Origin: Fimbriosthenelais zetlandica
Lineage: Eukaryota
DNA length: 64,000 bases
Assembly: GCA_977030845.1 (NCBI GenBank)
Contig: OZ365113.1
Coordinates: 20,336,001-20,400,000 of the forward strand
Reading direction: 5' to 3'
Within the stretch, counting starts at the first letter, position 1. The number at the start of each line of letters is the position of its first letter. The notes beneath the pieces were generated by a model. It had not been told where the DNA came from and searched no databases. It worked only from the letters and a program-made list of their open reading frames with translations. Positions 63,561 to 64,000 of this stretch are shown piece by piece. Both the position numbers and the translations under genes were made by a program.

Positions 63561-64000
63561 TGGGCTGGTACTGAGGATGGGGTATTTCTTTTGGGTGGGA
63601 TGAAATTAAAGGTCATCACCCTACCCATCTATAGTCCACCTGCAAGGTGTTTCAATAAAATTGCAATATGCTTTCCTTATGCAGCATAAATCAAAAAATA
63701 CTGCAGCCATTCAAATAGAGAACTGAGTAACCAGTGGGACAAGCCGTCGAGGCGGCCCCCCTGTTTGCCTTGTGGCTTTAGACCATACTCTTCTAATTCC
63801 TTTCCTTATCTCAGCCTCATTCACACAAGGGCCTTCATTCCCCCGGCCTGGCAGATGGCACAAGATCGGTGCCATTTTGCAAGATGAGGGGATAAAAATA
63901 AGATCTGGAAGAGGTCAGAAAAAGTGGGTTACAACTGCGACCAGTGTTATTTGTGTTGGGAAACCTGAGCCTCTCACACACCTACTACGCGCACGCCACC

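Overview
Eukaryotic (animal) genomic DNA of about 40% GC with GT-AG introns. It is probably an invertebrate deuterostome, possibly an echinoderm; this is inferred only from the excess of TAGGCCTA and the gene content. Three intact genes can be built exon by exon. (1) A minus-strand multi-pass membrane protein gene, 9-10 exons, ~19952-22642, UPF0658-like by motif recall. (2) Head-to-head with it, a plus-strand 14-exon TRAF7-like E3 ligase (RING, TRAF zinc fingers, coiled coil, 7 WD40; CDS 23166-28886, 584 aa). (3) A minus-strand two-exon Scratch-family repressor of ScratchX/Kahuli type, with a SNAG exon at 57907-57988, a zinc-finger exon at 47881-48734 and a 9172-bp intron (311 aa). Positions 1-19 kb contain no supportable gene, and 29-64 kb is a gene desert around the Scratch gene. 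The strongest non-coding signals are: nine perfect CSL/Su(H) sites confined to the Scratch half; a compact NF-kB + CRE + E-box bidirectional promoter; a nested inverted-repeat structure in a TRAF7-like intron; a ~60-bp minisatellite present at two loci; and nuclear-receptor and E-box clusters in the Scratch intron. All motif counts were made by eye and need computational confirmation. No clear new protein-coding system was found.
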